Below, piece after piece: positions 25,132 through 37,800 of a stretch of 64,000 bases of DNA. Location of the stretch: assembly GCA_002269645.1 (NCBI GenBank), contig NIVC01001686.1, positions 1-64,000 on the forward strand, read 5' to 3'. Numbering within the stretch: the first letter of the stretch is position 1; each line of letters opens with the position of its first letter. The stretch comes from Macrostomum lignano (taxonomy: Eukaryota). Made by a program: the position numbers and the translations under genes. The notes beneath the pieces were generated by a model. The model was not told where the DNA came from and searched no databases. It was given only the letters and a program-made list of their open reading frames with translations.

Positions 25132-27104
25132 TCTCTCCCTCTCCCTCTCACCTTCCCCTCTCTTCTCTCCCTCTCACCTCTCCCTCTCTTCTCTTTCTCT
25201 CACCTCTCCCTCTCTTCTCTTTCTCTCACCTCTCCCTCTCTTCTCTCCCTCTCACCTCCCCTCTCTTCTCTCCCTCTCCCTCTCTTCTCTCCCTCTCTTC
25301 TCTCCCTCTCTTCTCTCCCTCTCACCTCTCCCTCTCACCTCTCCCTCTTTTATCTCCCTCTCACTTCTCCCTCTCTTCTCTCCCTCTCACCTCCCCTCTC
25401 TTCTCTCCCTCTCCCTCTCTTCTCTCCCTCTCACCTCTCCCTCTCACCTCTCCCTCTCACCTCTCCCTCTTTTATCTCCCTCTCACTTCTCCCTCTCTTC
25501 TCTCCCTCTCACCTCCCCTCTCTTCTCTCCCTCTCCCTCTCTTCTCTCCCTCTCACCTCTCCCTCTCACCTCTCCCTCTCACCTCTCCCTCTCACCTCTC
25601 CCTCTTTTATCTCCCTCTCTTCTCTCCCTCTCTTCTCTCCCTCTCACCTCTCCCTCTCTTCTCTCCCTCTCACCTCTCCCTCTCTTCTCTCCCTCTCACC
25701 TCCCCTCTCTTCTCTCCCTCTCCCTCTCTTCTCTCCCTCTCTTCTCTCCCTCTCACCTCTCCCTCTCTTCTCTTTCTCTCACCTCTCCCTCTCTTCTCTC
25801 CCTCTCACCTCCCCTCTCTTCTCTCCCTCTCCCTCTCTTCTCTCCCTCTCTTTTCTCCCTCTCTTCTCTCCCTCTCACCTCTCCCTCTCACCTCTCCCTC
25901 TTTTATCTCCCTCTCACTTCTCCCTCTCTTCTCTCCCTCTCACCTCCCCTCTCTTCTCTCCCTCTCACCTCTCCATCTCACCTCTCCCTCTCTTCTCTCC
26001 CTCTCACCTCCCCTCTCTTCTCTCCCTCTCCCTCTCTTCTCTCCCTCTCTTCTCTCCCTCTCACCTCTCCCTCTCACCTCTCCCTCTCTTCTCTCCCTCT
26101 CACCTCTCCCTCTCTTCTCTCCCTCTCACCTCTCCCTCTCTTCTCTCCCTCTCACCTCTCCCTCTCACCTCTCCCTCTCTTCTCTCCTCTCACCTCCCCT
26201 CTCTTCTCTCCCTCTCCCTCTCTTCTCTCCCTCTCTTCTCTCCCTCTCACCTCTCCCTCTCACCTCTCCCTCTTTTATCTCCCTCTCACTTCTCCCTCTC
26301 TTCTCTCCCTCTCACCTCTCCCTCTCTTCTCTCCCTCTCACCTCTCCCTCTCACCTCTCCCTCTCTTCTCTCCCTCTCACCTCTCCCTCTCTTCTCTCCC
26401 TCTCACCTCTCCCTCTCTTCTCTCCCTCTCACCTCTCCCTCTCTTCTCTCCCTCTCACCTCTCCCTCTCTTCTCTCCCTCTCACCTCTCCCTCTCTTCTC
26501 TCCCTCTCACCTCTCCCTCTCTTCTCTCCCTCTCACCTCTCCCTCTCTTCTCTCCCTCTCACCTCTCCCTCTCTTCTCTCCCTCTCACCTCTCCCTCTCT
26601 TCTCTCCCTCTCACCTCTCCCTCTCTTCTCTCCCTCTCTTCTCTCCCTCTCACCTCTCCCTCTCACCTCTCCCTCTTTTATCTCCCTCTCACTTCTCCCT
26701 CTCTTCTCTCCCTCTCACCTCTCCCTCTCTTCTCTCCCTCTCACCTCTCCATCTCACCTCTCCCTCTCTTCTCTCCCTCTCACCTCTCCCTCTCTTCTCT
26801 CCCTCTCACCTCTCCCTCTCTTCTCTCCCTCTCACCTCTCCCTCTCTTCTCTCCCTCTCACCTCTCCCTCTCTTCTCTCCCTCTCACCTCTCCCTCTCTT
26901 CTCTCCCTCTCACCTCTCCCTCTCTTCTCTCCCTCTCACCTCTCCCTCTCTTCTCTCCCTCTCACCTCTCCCTCTCTTCTCTCCCTCTCACATCTCCCTC
27001 TCTTCTCTCCCTCTCACCTCTCCCTCTCTTCTCTCCCTCTCACCTCTCCCTCTCTTCTCTCCCTCTCACCTCTCCCTCTCTTCTCTCCCTCTCACCTCTC
27101 CCTC
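25132..27104. repeat. ~2-kb polypyrimidine (C/T) low-complexity satellite
   Basis: ctctccctctcac / ctctccctctctt alternation, with almost no purines on the + strand. Confidence 0.95.
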
Positions 27105-27639
27105 TACCGCTCTTCTACTCTCCATCTCCAATCTCCCTCTCCGCTGTCTCGCTACTTCTCATCTCCAGTTTCCCTATAAAGAAGACTACTGATAGCAGTA
27201 ACGCTCTCAGCTGAGCCATAACACATCCCAGTTCCACTTCGTCATACATTCACGTTGATTCCCCCGCAAATGTCAAACATGCAGTGCAATGCAGCAGCTT
27301 AGCGAGTCTCAACAATCTAAGCAAGTCTACATTAGTAGGCCTGTGTTTTTCAATATAATACTATGGGGCAATGCCCAGGACTCAAACTGCTCACTACTCA
27401 GTCTCTCTGTTGCTAAGCCTAAGCTTCCTCATAGCATAGTCCCATTCTGTGGTAAATTTAGCACTGAGATCCTTCTACTCTCCCTGCCACAGCTTTCTGT
27501 TTTGTTTCATCCCAAACTGCTCAATCTAGCCGCCTACTGAACAGGAACTGGGTACAGTCTATTAATTTCTGCACTTCTCGTCCAGGTAGGAACTCTGCAG
27601 TCTCCAATCTCCATCAATTACTGCTCTAATCTTCTATCT

Positions 27640-27990
27640 CTCTTTCTACTCTTCGTCTACTCTCTCACATTCTCTAGCCTCTCTCTACTCTCTACTCTCA
27701 AATCTACTCTACTCTCTCACGAACTCTCTACTCTCTACTCTCTCTACTCTCTCTACTCTCTCTACCCTCTCTACTCTTTACTCTGTCCACTCTGTATTCT
27801 CTACTCTCTCTACTCTCTCTACTCTCTCTACTCTTTCTACCTATAATCACTACTCTCTCTACCCTCTCTACTCTTCACTCTGTCCACTCTGTATTCTCTA
27901 ATGTCTCTACTCTCTCTACTATCTACCCTTCATTTACACTTTACTCTCCCACTACTCTCTACTCTCTACTCTCTACTCTCTCTAATTCCT
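27640..27990. repeat. Degenerate ctctctact repeat
   Basis: Repeated ctctctact/ctctactct motifs. Confidence 0.8.
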
Positions 27991-29204
27991 TTACTCTCGC
28001 CTGTCGCTTCATCGCAAGCTGAAACATTCACTCAAAAATTCTCAACACAAATTTCAGCAATCTCTGCATTCTAATTGCAGACTTAGAAAAGCGTGCGATA
28101 ACAATGAGGGTCTTGTGTGGCCTATGCAAAAGAAATGAGAATAGATGCGCTTAGAGGACATTTGAATAGGTAAAAGCAATTGAGGCCTACGTAAACTGTA
28201 GAAAACTGTCACCTTGCCCTCCCACTGAGTCTGAATTCCCACTGAGTGTGAGTTTTCCTCCGCAAACTGTCCTTATTCATCAGCGGGCGCATCACTTTAT
28301 AGACTTTTTCTCGAGTGTTTTAACACAACCTACCCACTGACACAGCTTGAAGCCGCCTGAAATTCCTTTGAGTAATTAAAAAATTTTCATTACTCGTAGT
28401 TTTATGATAATATGAGGATTATTTAAGGATTACATGTAGGAAAATAGGGAGAGGAGAGAAAGGGGAGAGAGAGGGAGGGAGAAGAGACGAGGAGAGGGAC
28501 AGGTAGAGGGAGGAGGCAGAGAGGGAGGGGTAGAGGGAGAGAGGAGGGTGAGAGTCAGAGGAGTGGGAGAGGGAGAGAGAGAGAGACAGGGAGAGAAGGA
28601 GGGTGAGAGGGAGAGAGGTATGTGATGAATTTTAGTGTTATAAAATAAAATAAATTTTCAAGTTTAATCGAATACCATACGAATACAGACAAAGCAGTAA
28701 ATATGACTAATTAAACTAATTAAAAGGTCAAAAACAGCAACACTCCGAAGTATCTACTTTAAAAACAATTGAGTTTGTTTGGCATCGATCTCTATATTCA
28801 CTTTACCCCCGAGCTTCCCTCTCGCTCGTCAATAAAAGTTGAATTCATCCCGACAACGCAGCCCCAATCTGGGAGAATCTGGGGAGGAGAGATGCAGGAA
28901 GCCTTCTGCTCGGTCGGAGAGTTGAGTAGCTGCCTCATCAAATCAGAGAGCCGGGGTCATTTTCGCCGCTATTAAAAATGTCTTAAAACCGATATTATTT
29001 AGCTATCGCCTAGCTAAGCAGGTACATATATATGGGTGTTTTTTCAACCCAATATATCTGACTGGCAGGTGGGGATAGATCAGACAGGAATCTGATGAGG
29101 ATGATGAGAGAGCTGCTGCTGCTGCTGGTCAATCGAGTATGCTCGGCTTGTTCATTATATTAGAGTGACGGAACACTTCACAGCTGCTGCCCTCCAATCG
29201 TCTC

Positions 29205-29324
<120 letters not shown>

Positions 29325-29507
29325 CTGCTCCTTTCGTCAGATCGATGGACCGCAGGACATGCCTTGGATGTGAGGGGGAGGCAGGACATGGATAATGATG
29401 ACCCCTCACTCCATAGGAATTGGAGCGTTTATCTGTTGTCTTAAATTTGTGCTACTTTTCTTATTCTGAGGGAAAGAGAAGTAGACAGTTAAAGAATTAG
29501 ACAGCCA

Positions 29508-29897
29508 GGAGCTTGAGAAGTAGGCAGTTAGGAGCTTGAGAAGTAGGCAGTTAGGAGCTTGAGAAGTAGGCAGTTAGGAGCTTGAGAAGTAGACAGCTAG
29601 GAGCTTGAGAAGAAGACAGCTACGAGCTTGAGAAGCAGACAGTTACGATCTTGCGAAGTAGTCAGTTAGGAGCTTGAGAAGCAGGCAGTTAGGAGCTTGA
29701 GAAGTAGACAATTAGGAGCTTGAGAAGTAGACAGCTAGGAGCTTGAGAAGTAGACAGGAGCTTGAGAAGTAGACAATTAGGAGCTTGAGAAGTAGACAGT
29801 CTGGAGCTTGAGAAGTAGACAGTTACGAGCTTGAGAATTAGACAGTCTGGAGCTTGAGAAGTAGACAGTCTGGAGCTTGAGAAGTAGACAGTTAGGA
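29508..29897. repeat. 23-bp minisatellite (~17 copies)
   Basis: Unit ggagcttgagaagtagacagtta. Confidence 0.93.
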
Positions 29898-30379
29898 GTC
29901 AAAGAACTAGACAGCTTGCAGTTATAGAAGTAGACAAAAGTTTGAGAAGTACATGTAGATAGATAGTTGAGAAGTAGATGGTGGAGAATTGAGTAGAGGT
30001 AAGACTACCTACCAGCAAGATAAGGAGAGAAAGCATCAGTATGCAATGAGCAAACAGCCAATACAAATTAAAATTTATCATAAGGTATTACAATAGGAAA
30101 ATATTAATTTCTCAAAGTGCCCCTATCGCTGCCCTGAGACGCGGCATGGAATTCGTTTGTGTGCACTTCTTATGTGCGGGATTTCTGGTTAGAGACTTTT
30201 CAGGTTTACTTGTGGCAATTATTTTTTTTGCTTCTGGGTGGGAGCTTCTGCCCAGTGGATATGAGTAATGCTTTGCTTCCGGTAGGATAAATCCTCTTAG
30301 TCTCCAAAGCCCGCCGGTCCACGCAGCTTTTACCTTTATTAATTTGCTTATCTGGGATGCTGCTACTTATAGGTAGCTG

Positions 30380-30851
<472 letters not shown>

Positions 30852-31140
30852 CTTTCGCACGCCATCGCAGCCTTTACTAAGCTAAATAATTATTCCAACA
30901 GTGAACTGATTGCAGGACAAGGATAAATGGATAGATCCCCATCCCATTGTATTCCTGCTCCGCATTAATGCGTGTAACTGAATGATTCTAAAATTAGATT
31001 CGCTGTCGATGACAGAAGCAGCAGAGCTCGTACTGAATCAATAGATAATAATCGCGCGAAAAAAACAGTCGGGATGACAGACAGACAAAATAGCAGGCGA
31101 CGTCAACAAGCGGCTCCTGGATTAGGATATATCAAAAAAG

Positions 31141-31518
31141 AGTGGACCAGACAGACACAGAGTGGACCAGACAGACACAGAGTGGACCAGACAGACACAG
31201 AGTGGACCAGACAGACACAGAGTGGACCAGACAGACGCATACTGGACCAGACAGACGCATAGTGGACCAGACAGACGCATAGTGGACCAGACAGACACAG
31301 AGTGGACCAGACAGACACAGAGTGGACCAGAGTGATATAAAGTGGACCAGACAGACACAGAGTGGACCAGACAGACACAGAGTGGACCAGACAGACACAG
31401 AGTGGACCAGAGTGATATAAAGTGGACCAGACAGACACAGAGTGGACCAGACAGACACAGAGTGGACCAGACAGACACAAAGTGGACCAGACAGACACAG
31501 AGTGGACCAGACAGACAG
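31141..31518. repeat. 20-bp minisatellite (~19 copies)
   Basis: Unit agtggaccagacagacacag. Confidence 0.95.
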
Positions 31519-31821
31519 AACGGTTCGGATGGAAGCAGACAAATGATTTAAAGCGATTTAACTGGTCAGCTATACATGCAGTCTATTGGCTCAATGCTGC
31601 CCTTATCGTGGACAAATATTGATAAAACATACGTGCTACACTAATCTATATGCAGCTACATAACTGCCATCCCTTTTTCAATAGCATTTATTGTCAGAAA
31701 TTGTATGCGAAACTGCGGACCACTTGACCACTGCTGAACCTCCTGGCATTCGTTGGCGCAATGTCCCCGACTCTCTCCCTAGACCTAAAGATCCTGAGCT
31801 CGATTCCGAGCACACTCTACC

Positions 31822-33800
31822 AGCACCAAGGGATGTCAGCACCAAAGGATGTCAGCACCAAGGGATGTCAGCACCAAGGGATGTCAGCACCAAGGGATGT
31901 CAGCACCAAGGGATGTCAGCACCAAGGGATGTCAGCACCAAGGGATGTCAGCACCAAGGGATGTCAGCACCAAGGGATGTCAGCACCAAGGGATGTCAGC
32001 ACCAAGGGATGTCAGCACCAAGGGATGTCAGCACCAAGGGATGTCAGCACCAAGGGATGTCAGCACCAAGGGATGTCAGCACCAAGGGATGTCAGCACCA
32101 AGGGATGTCAGCACCAAGGGATGTCAGCACCAAGGGATGTCAGCACCAAGGGATGTCAGCACCAAGGGATGTCAGCACCAAGGGATGTCAGCACCAAGGG
32201 ATGTCAGCACCAAGGGATGTCAGCACCAAGGGATGTCAGCACCAAGGGATGTCAGCACCAAGGGATGTCAGCACCAAGGGATGTCAGCACCAAGGGATGT
32301 CAGCACCAAGGGATGTCAGCACCAAGGGATGTCAGCACCAAGGGATGTCAGCACCAAGGGATGTCAGCACCAAGGGATGTCAGCACCAAGGGATGTCAGC
32401 ACCAAGGGATGTCAGCACCAAGGGATGTCAGCACCAAGGGATGTCAGCACCAAGGGATGTCAGCACCAAGGGATGTCAGCACCAAGGGATGTCAGCACCA
32501 AGGGATGTCAGCACCAAGGGATGTCAGCACCAAGGGATGTCAGCACCAAGGGATGTCAGCACCAAGGGATGTCAGCACCAAGGGATGTCAGCACCAAGGG
32601 ATGTCAGCACCAAGGGATGTCAGCACCAAGGGATGTCAGCACCAAGGGATGTCAGCACGAAGGGATGTCAACACCAAGGGATGTCAACACGAAGGGATGT
32701 CAGCACCAAGGGATGTCAACACCAAGGGATGTCAACACCAAGGGATGTCAACACCAAGGGATGTCAACACCAAGGGATGTCAACACCAAGGGATGTCAAC
32801 ACCAAGGGATGTCAACACCAAGGGATGTCAGCACCAAGGGATGTCAGCACCAAGGGATGTCAGCACCAAGGGATGTCAGCACCAAGGGATGTCAGCACGA
32901 AGGGATGTCAACACCAAGGGATGTCAACACGAAGGGATGTCAGCACCAAGGGATGTCAACACCAAGGGATGTCAACACCAAGGGATGTCAACACCAAGGG
33001 ATGTCAACACCAAGGGATGTCAACACCAAGGGATGTCAACACCAAGGGATGTCAACACCAAGGGATGTCAGCACCAAGGGATGTCAGCACCAAGGGATGT
33101 CAGCACCAAGGGATGTCAACACCAAGGGATGTCAGCACCAAGGGATGTCAACACCAAGGGATGTCAACACCAAGGGATGTCAACACCAAGGGATGTCAAC
33201 ACCAAGGGATGTCAGCACCAAGGGATGTCAGCACGAAGGGATGTCAGCACCAAGGGATGTCAGCACCAAGGGATGTCAGCACCAAGGGATGTCAACACCA
33301 AGGGATGTCAACACCAAGGGATGTCAGCACCAAGGGATGTCAACACCAAGGGATGTCAACACCAAGGGATGTCAACACCAAGGGATGTCAGCACCAAGGG
33401 ATGTCAGCACCAAGGGATGTCAGCACCAAGGGATGTCAGCACCAAGGGATGTCAGCACCAAGGGATGTCAGCACCAAGGGATGTCAGCACCAAGGGATGT
33501 CAGCACCAAGGGATGTCAGCACCAAGGGATGTCAGCACCAAGGGATGTCAGCACCAAGGGATGTCAGCACCAAGGGATGTCAGCACCAAGGGATGTCAGC
33601 ACCAAGGGATGTCAGCACCAAGGGATGTCAACACCAAGGGATGTCAGCACCAAGGGATGTCAGCACCAAGGGATGTCAGCACCAAGGGATGTCAGCACCA
33701 AGGGATGTCAACACCAAGGGATGTCAACACCAAGGGATGTCAACACCAAGGGATGTCAGCACCAAGGGATGTCAGCACCAGGGGATGTCAGCACCAAGGG
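31822..33800. repeat. 16-bp minisatellite (~124 copies)
   Basis: Unit cagcaccaagggatgt; source of three ~710 aa spurious ORFs. Confidence 0.98.
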
Positions 33801-34231
33801 GCGCCTTCAGATCGTCTGTTACCTTTACTTGTTGGCAGTTTGGCTGCCAAACTACGAGCTAATTACATTCTTGCGATGGTTAGAATCCTTGATGAAATTT
33901 AACACCTTTAATATTGAGACTCTGAACTTAATTTTCTTTGTTCCCTTGCAGATTAACTTACATAGTATACAGTTATGAATTTCTTTATAAATCCTAAATT
34001 TCAGTTTTGAAACCCGATCTCACTGATCAATTATTTAATCTGATCTGAACGGAAGTTGTCAAAAAATTTGATACTTTGCAACTTTAAACAAAGCTTTTGA
34101 AAACCTCAAACAATGGGGAGCAAAACTTTGGGAACTTTGGGCTCATCAGTGCTAACGAAATCCAACAGGTATCAAGGGGCAACGTTGCATAGAGATCTGA
34201 AGCACCTGTTTGCTTTAGACAATAGATGGAG

Positions 34232-34766
34232 ACACCTGTTAGATATTAGACTAAGACAACTGTTAGATATTAGACTGACACAACTGTTAGATATTAGACT
34301 GAGACAACTGTTAGATATTAGACTAAGACACCTGTTAGACAGGAGAGTGAGACACCTGTTAGATAACAGGTTGAGACACATGTTAGATATCATGTTGAGA
34401 CACCTGTTAGATATCAGGTCGAGACACCTGTTAGATATCAGGTTGAGACACCTGTTAGATATCAGGTTGAGACACCTGCTAGATATCATGTTGAGACACC
34501 TGTTAGATATCATGTTGAGACACCTGTTAGATATCAGGTTGAGACACCTTTTAGACATGAGAGACGCCTGTTAGATATTAGACTGAGACACCTGTTAGAT
34601 ATTAGACTGAGACACCTGTTAGATATGAGAGTGAGACACCTGTTAGATATGAGAGTGAGACACCTGTTAGATATTAGACTGAGACACCTGTTAGATATTA
34701 GACTGAGACACCTGTTAGATATTAGACTGAGACACCTGTTAGATATTAGACTGAGACACCTGTTAG
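34232..34766. repeat. 24-bp minisatellite (~22 copies) just upstream of the ion-channel gene
   Basis: Unit gagacacctgttagatattagact. Confidence 0.93.
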
Positions 34767-34893
34767 ATGCTATAATAAGAATCCCTGTTAGATCGATCAT
34801 GAAATTCCAGAATTTTTCAGTCGCCAAGCAGTCGCAATCCAGCAGGAATATGAAACAGTTAAAAAAACAAACAATAAACAAATTTCAGTCGCT

Positions 34894-37800
34894 ATGCGAT
34901 CATTTCTTCGCGACCGTCAGCGACTGAACGCGGCGGCGGCGGCGACAGCAGCGGCGACTTCTTCGCAGCTGTCGAGCGCAGAAGTCGGCGACGAAGCCGA
35001 CATGTCGAGGCGGCGCGCGTCCTGCTTCCAGCACGGCAATCACGGAGGTGACGATAGCGATGAAGAGCAGAGGCTGATCAAGGTAACAGTTTCTTTATTC
35101 CGGCATTGATTTTTGTTTATCTTGCCTTGTAAAATTTGTTATAATTTACGAATGCGAAAGGAATTCTAATTAAAATTCTCTTAAAAGGTTTACAAAAGTT
35201 AAATGAAGCAAAACCATCTCGAAAGACAGATTGTCTACATCAGCTCCGGCTTGTTGAGAGAGGCGATGGCGTCTGGATGAGGACTGAATGCTGGAGAGAC
35301 TGGCTAAGGATGTCCAGCAGTTGAGGTTTCCCCAATGTCGAGGCTTGATCAGTTTGCAACACGTGTCCATAGTCACATTGTGCCACCTGTTGAAGGTCCA
35401 GAAGCTCCGCTTGGGTGAAGTCTAGTGACCAAGGAAGTCAACCAAGGAAGTTGACCATGTGGTCAACGTGCTAAGGCGCAGTGCTGATTGGCGCACAGGG
35501 GTACACTGAATACACTGGCGCTTATGGGAAAAATCCGACCTTCTGGCAGTGCTATTGAATATCTCGACGGCCCGGAAGGCTGGCGAATTGATTCTCGTTT
35601 GACAAGGTTGCGCAACAAAAGTTAGCCCTAAAGAAAGTTATTTGATTTCGTGTGCCTGGGTTTCTCCGAAATGGCTTGGTACTTGTATCCCTACTGATAA
35701 AACGAGCCATTTAAGATTTTCTAGGAAACAAAGTCTTATTTCTAAGAAATAAGAAACAAAATTAATTTAAAAAGTGGCATGCCATCGACGAATCGCAGTC
35801 CTACACCCCAGACATCGTAAAAACAAGTTAAAAAGACGTTAAAGAAGTCAACACGCCCAAATTCTAGCAGTTTTTGAAGGCCTAATTAAGGACTAAGGCC
35901 GATTGACGGACTTTTTTGCTTTTATTCATTCCCGACTTAATCTTTTCTTCTACATGTTGAACCTACAAAAAGAAAATGTCAACTGGTTCGTGCTTTGTCA
36001 GAGATACTCGTAGTTGCACATTTTTAGACTACTCTATTTTCCAAAAATTGGAAGCATTAATTACAACAAAGTTTTGAATTTTTTAAATTTAAACTTTACA
36101 TCACATCGTGACATCTATACTGGCTAATTAAATCTATTTGCAAATATATGAGATTCAATTTTGATAGTTTATGTTTCAATTTACTTAAAAATTAAACTTT
36201 TTTCTATCATAAAAAAACAAAAAAAATCTGAATCGAAAGAAGTGAATTGAAAAATACAAACTCAAACAAATTATGTACAACAAATGGCACCTCAGACTAA
36301 CAAGGGATACTTAGGTGATTCACCTCTCAAACAGGTTACACTGTCCAATCAAACGGGTTACACTGTCCAATCAAACGGGTTACACTGTCCAATCAAACGA
36401 GTTACACTGTCCAATCAAACGGGTTACACTGTCCAATCAAACAGGTTACACTGTCCAATCAAACAGGGTACACTGTCCAATCAAACGGGTTACACTGTCC
36501 AATCAAACAGGGTACACTGTCCAATCAAACGGGTTACACTGTCCAATCAAACGGGGTACACTGTCCAATCAAACAGGTTACACTGTCCAATCAAACGGGT
36601 TACACTGTCCAATCAAACGGGTTACACTGTCCAATCAAACAGGGTACACTGTCCAATCAAACGGGTTACACTGTCCAATCAAACAGGGTACACTGTCCAA
36701 TCAAACAGGTTACACTGTCCAATCAAACGGGTTACACTGTCCAATCAAACGGGTTACACTGTCCAATCAAACAGGTTACACTGTCCAATCAAACAGGTTA
36801 CACTGTCCAATCAAACGGGTTACACTGTCCAATCAAACAGGTTACACTGTCCAATCAAACAGGGTACACTGTCCAATCAAACGGGTTACACTGTCCAATC
36901 AAACGGGTTACACTGTCCAATCAAACGGGTTACACTGTCCAATCAAACAGGTTACACTGTCCAATCAAACAGGTTACACTGTCCAATCAAACGGGTTACA
37001 CTGTCCAATCAAACGGGTTACACTGTCCAATCAAACAGGTTACACTGTCCAATCAAACAGGTTACACTGTCCAATCAAACGGGTTACACTGTCCAATCAA
37101 ACGGGTTACACTGTCCAATCAAACGGGTTAAACTGTCCAATCAAACAGGTTACACTGTCCAATCAAACGGGTTACACTGTCCAATCAAACAGGTTACACT
37201 GTCCAATCAAACGGGTTACACTGTCCAATCAAACGGGTTACACTGTCCAATCAAACGGGTTACACTGGATTTCAAGCTCAATGCAGAGTGTTTCTAATGT
37301 ACACGCCCGAAATAATTCGAAAACCTCTTCCAACCCTCACTGAAGCGTCAAGTGTACATCTGCGTGGTGTTCATGAAAATCGGCGAAATTGACACCATCA
37401 AGGAGCAATTCGCTGCAGACGTGCTGATCAAAGCCAAATGGAGAGAACCGGAGCTTGACCATATGAACGCTCAGGAGGGGAGGCTTGTGAGTTATAAAAA
37501 TCCTATTTCTCAAGTTCCTACCTCTCATGTTTCCCACATCCTAATTCCCATACCACAAATTTCCCACACTCTAATTCCCATCCTACAAGTTTTCCCACAC
37601 CCCAATTACCATCCCACAAGTTTTCCATACCCTAATTATCATCCCACAAGTTTCCTACCCCCTAAATCCCATATCACAAGTTTCCCACACCCTAATTCCC
37701 ATCCTAAAAGTTTCCTTCACTCTAATTCCCATACCACAAGTTTCCCACACTCTAATTCCCATGCCACAAATTTCCCACACTCTAATTCCAATCCTACAAG

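Noticed and set aside
29085-29200. Short poly-Gln/His reading on the minus strand
   Set aside because: No convincing splice sites or partner exons; likely a CTG microsatellite.
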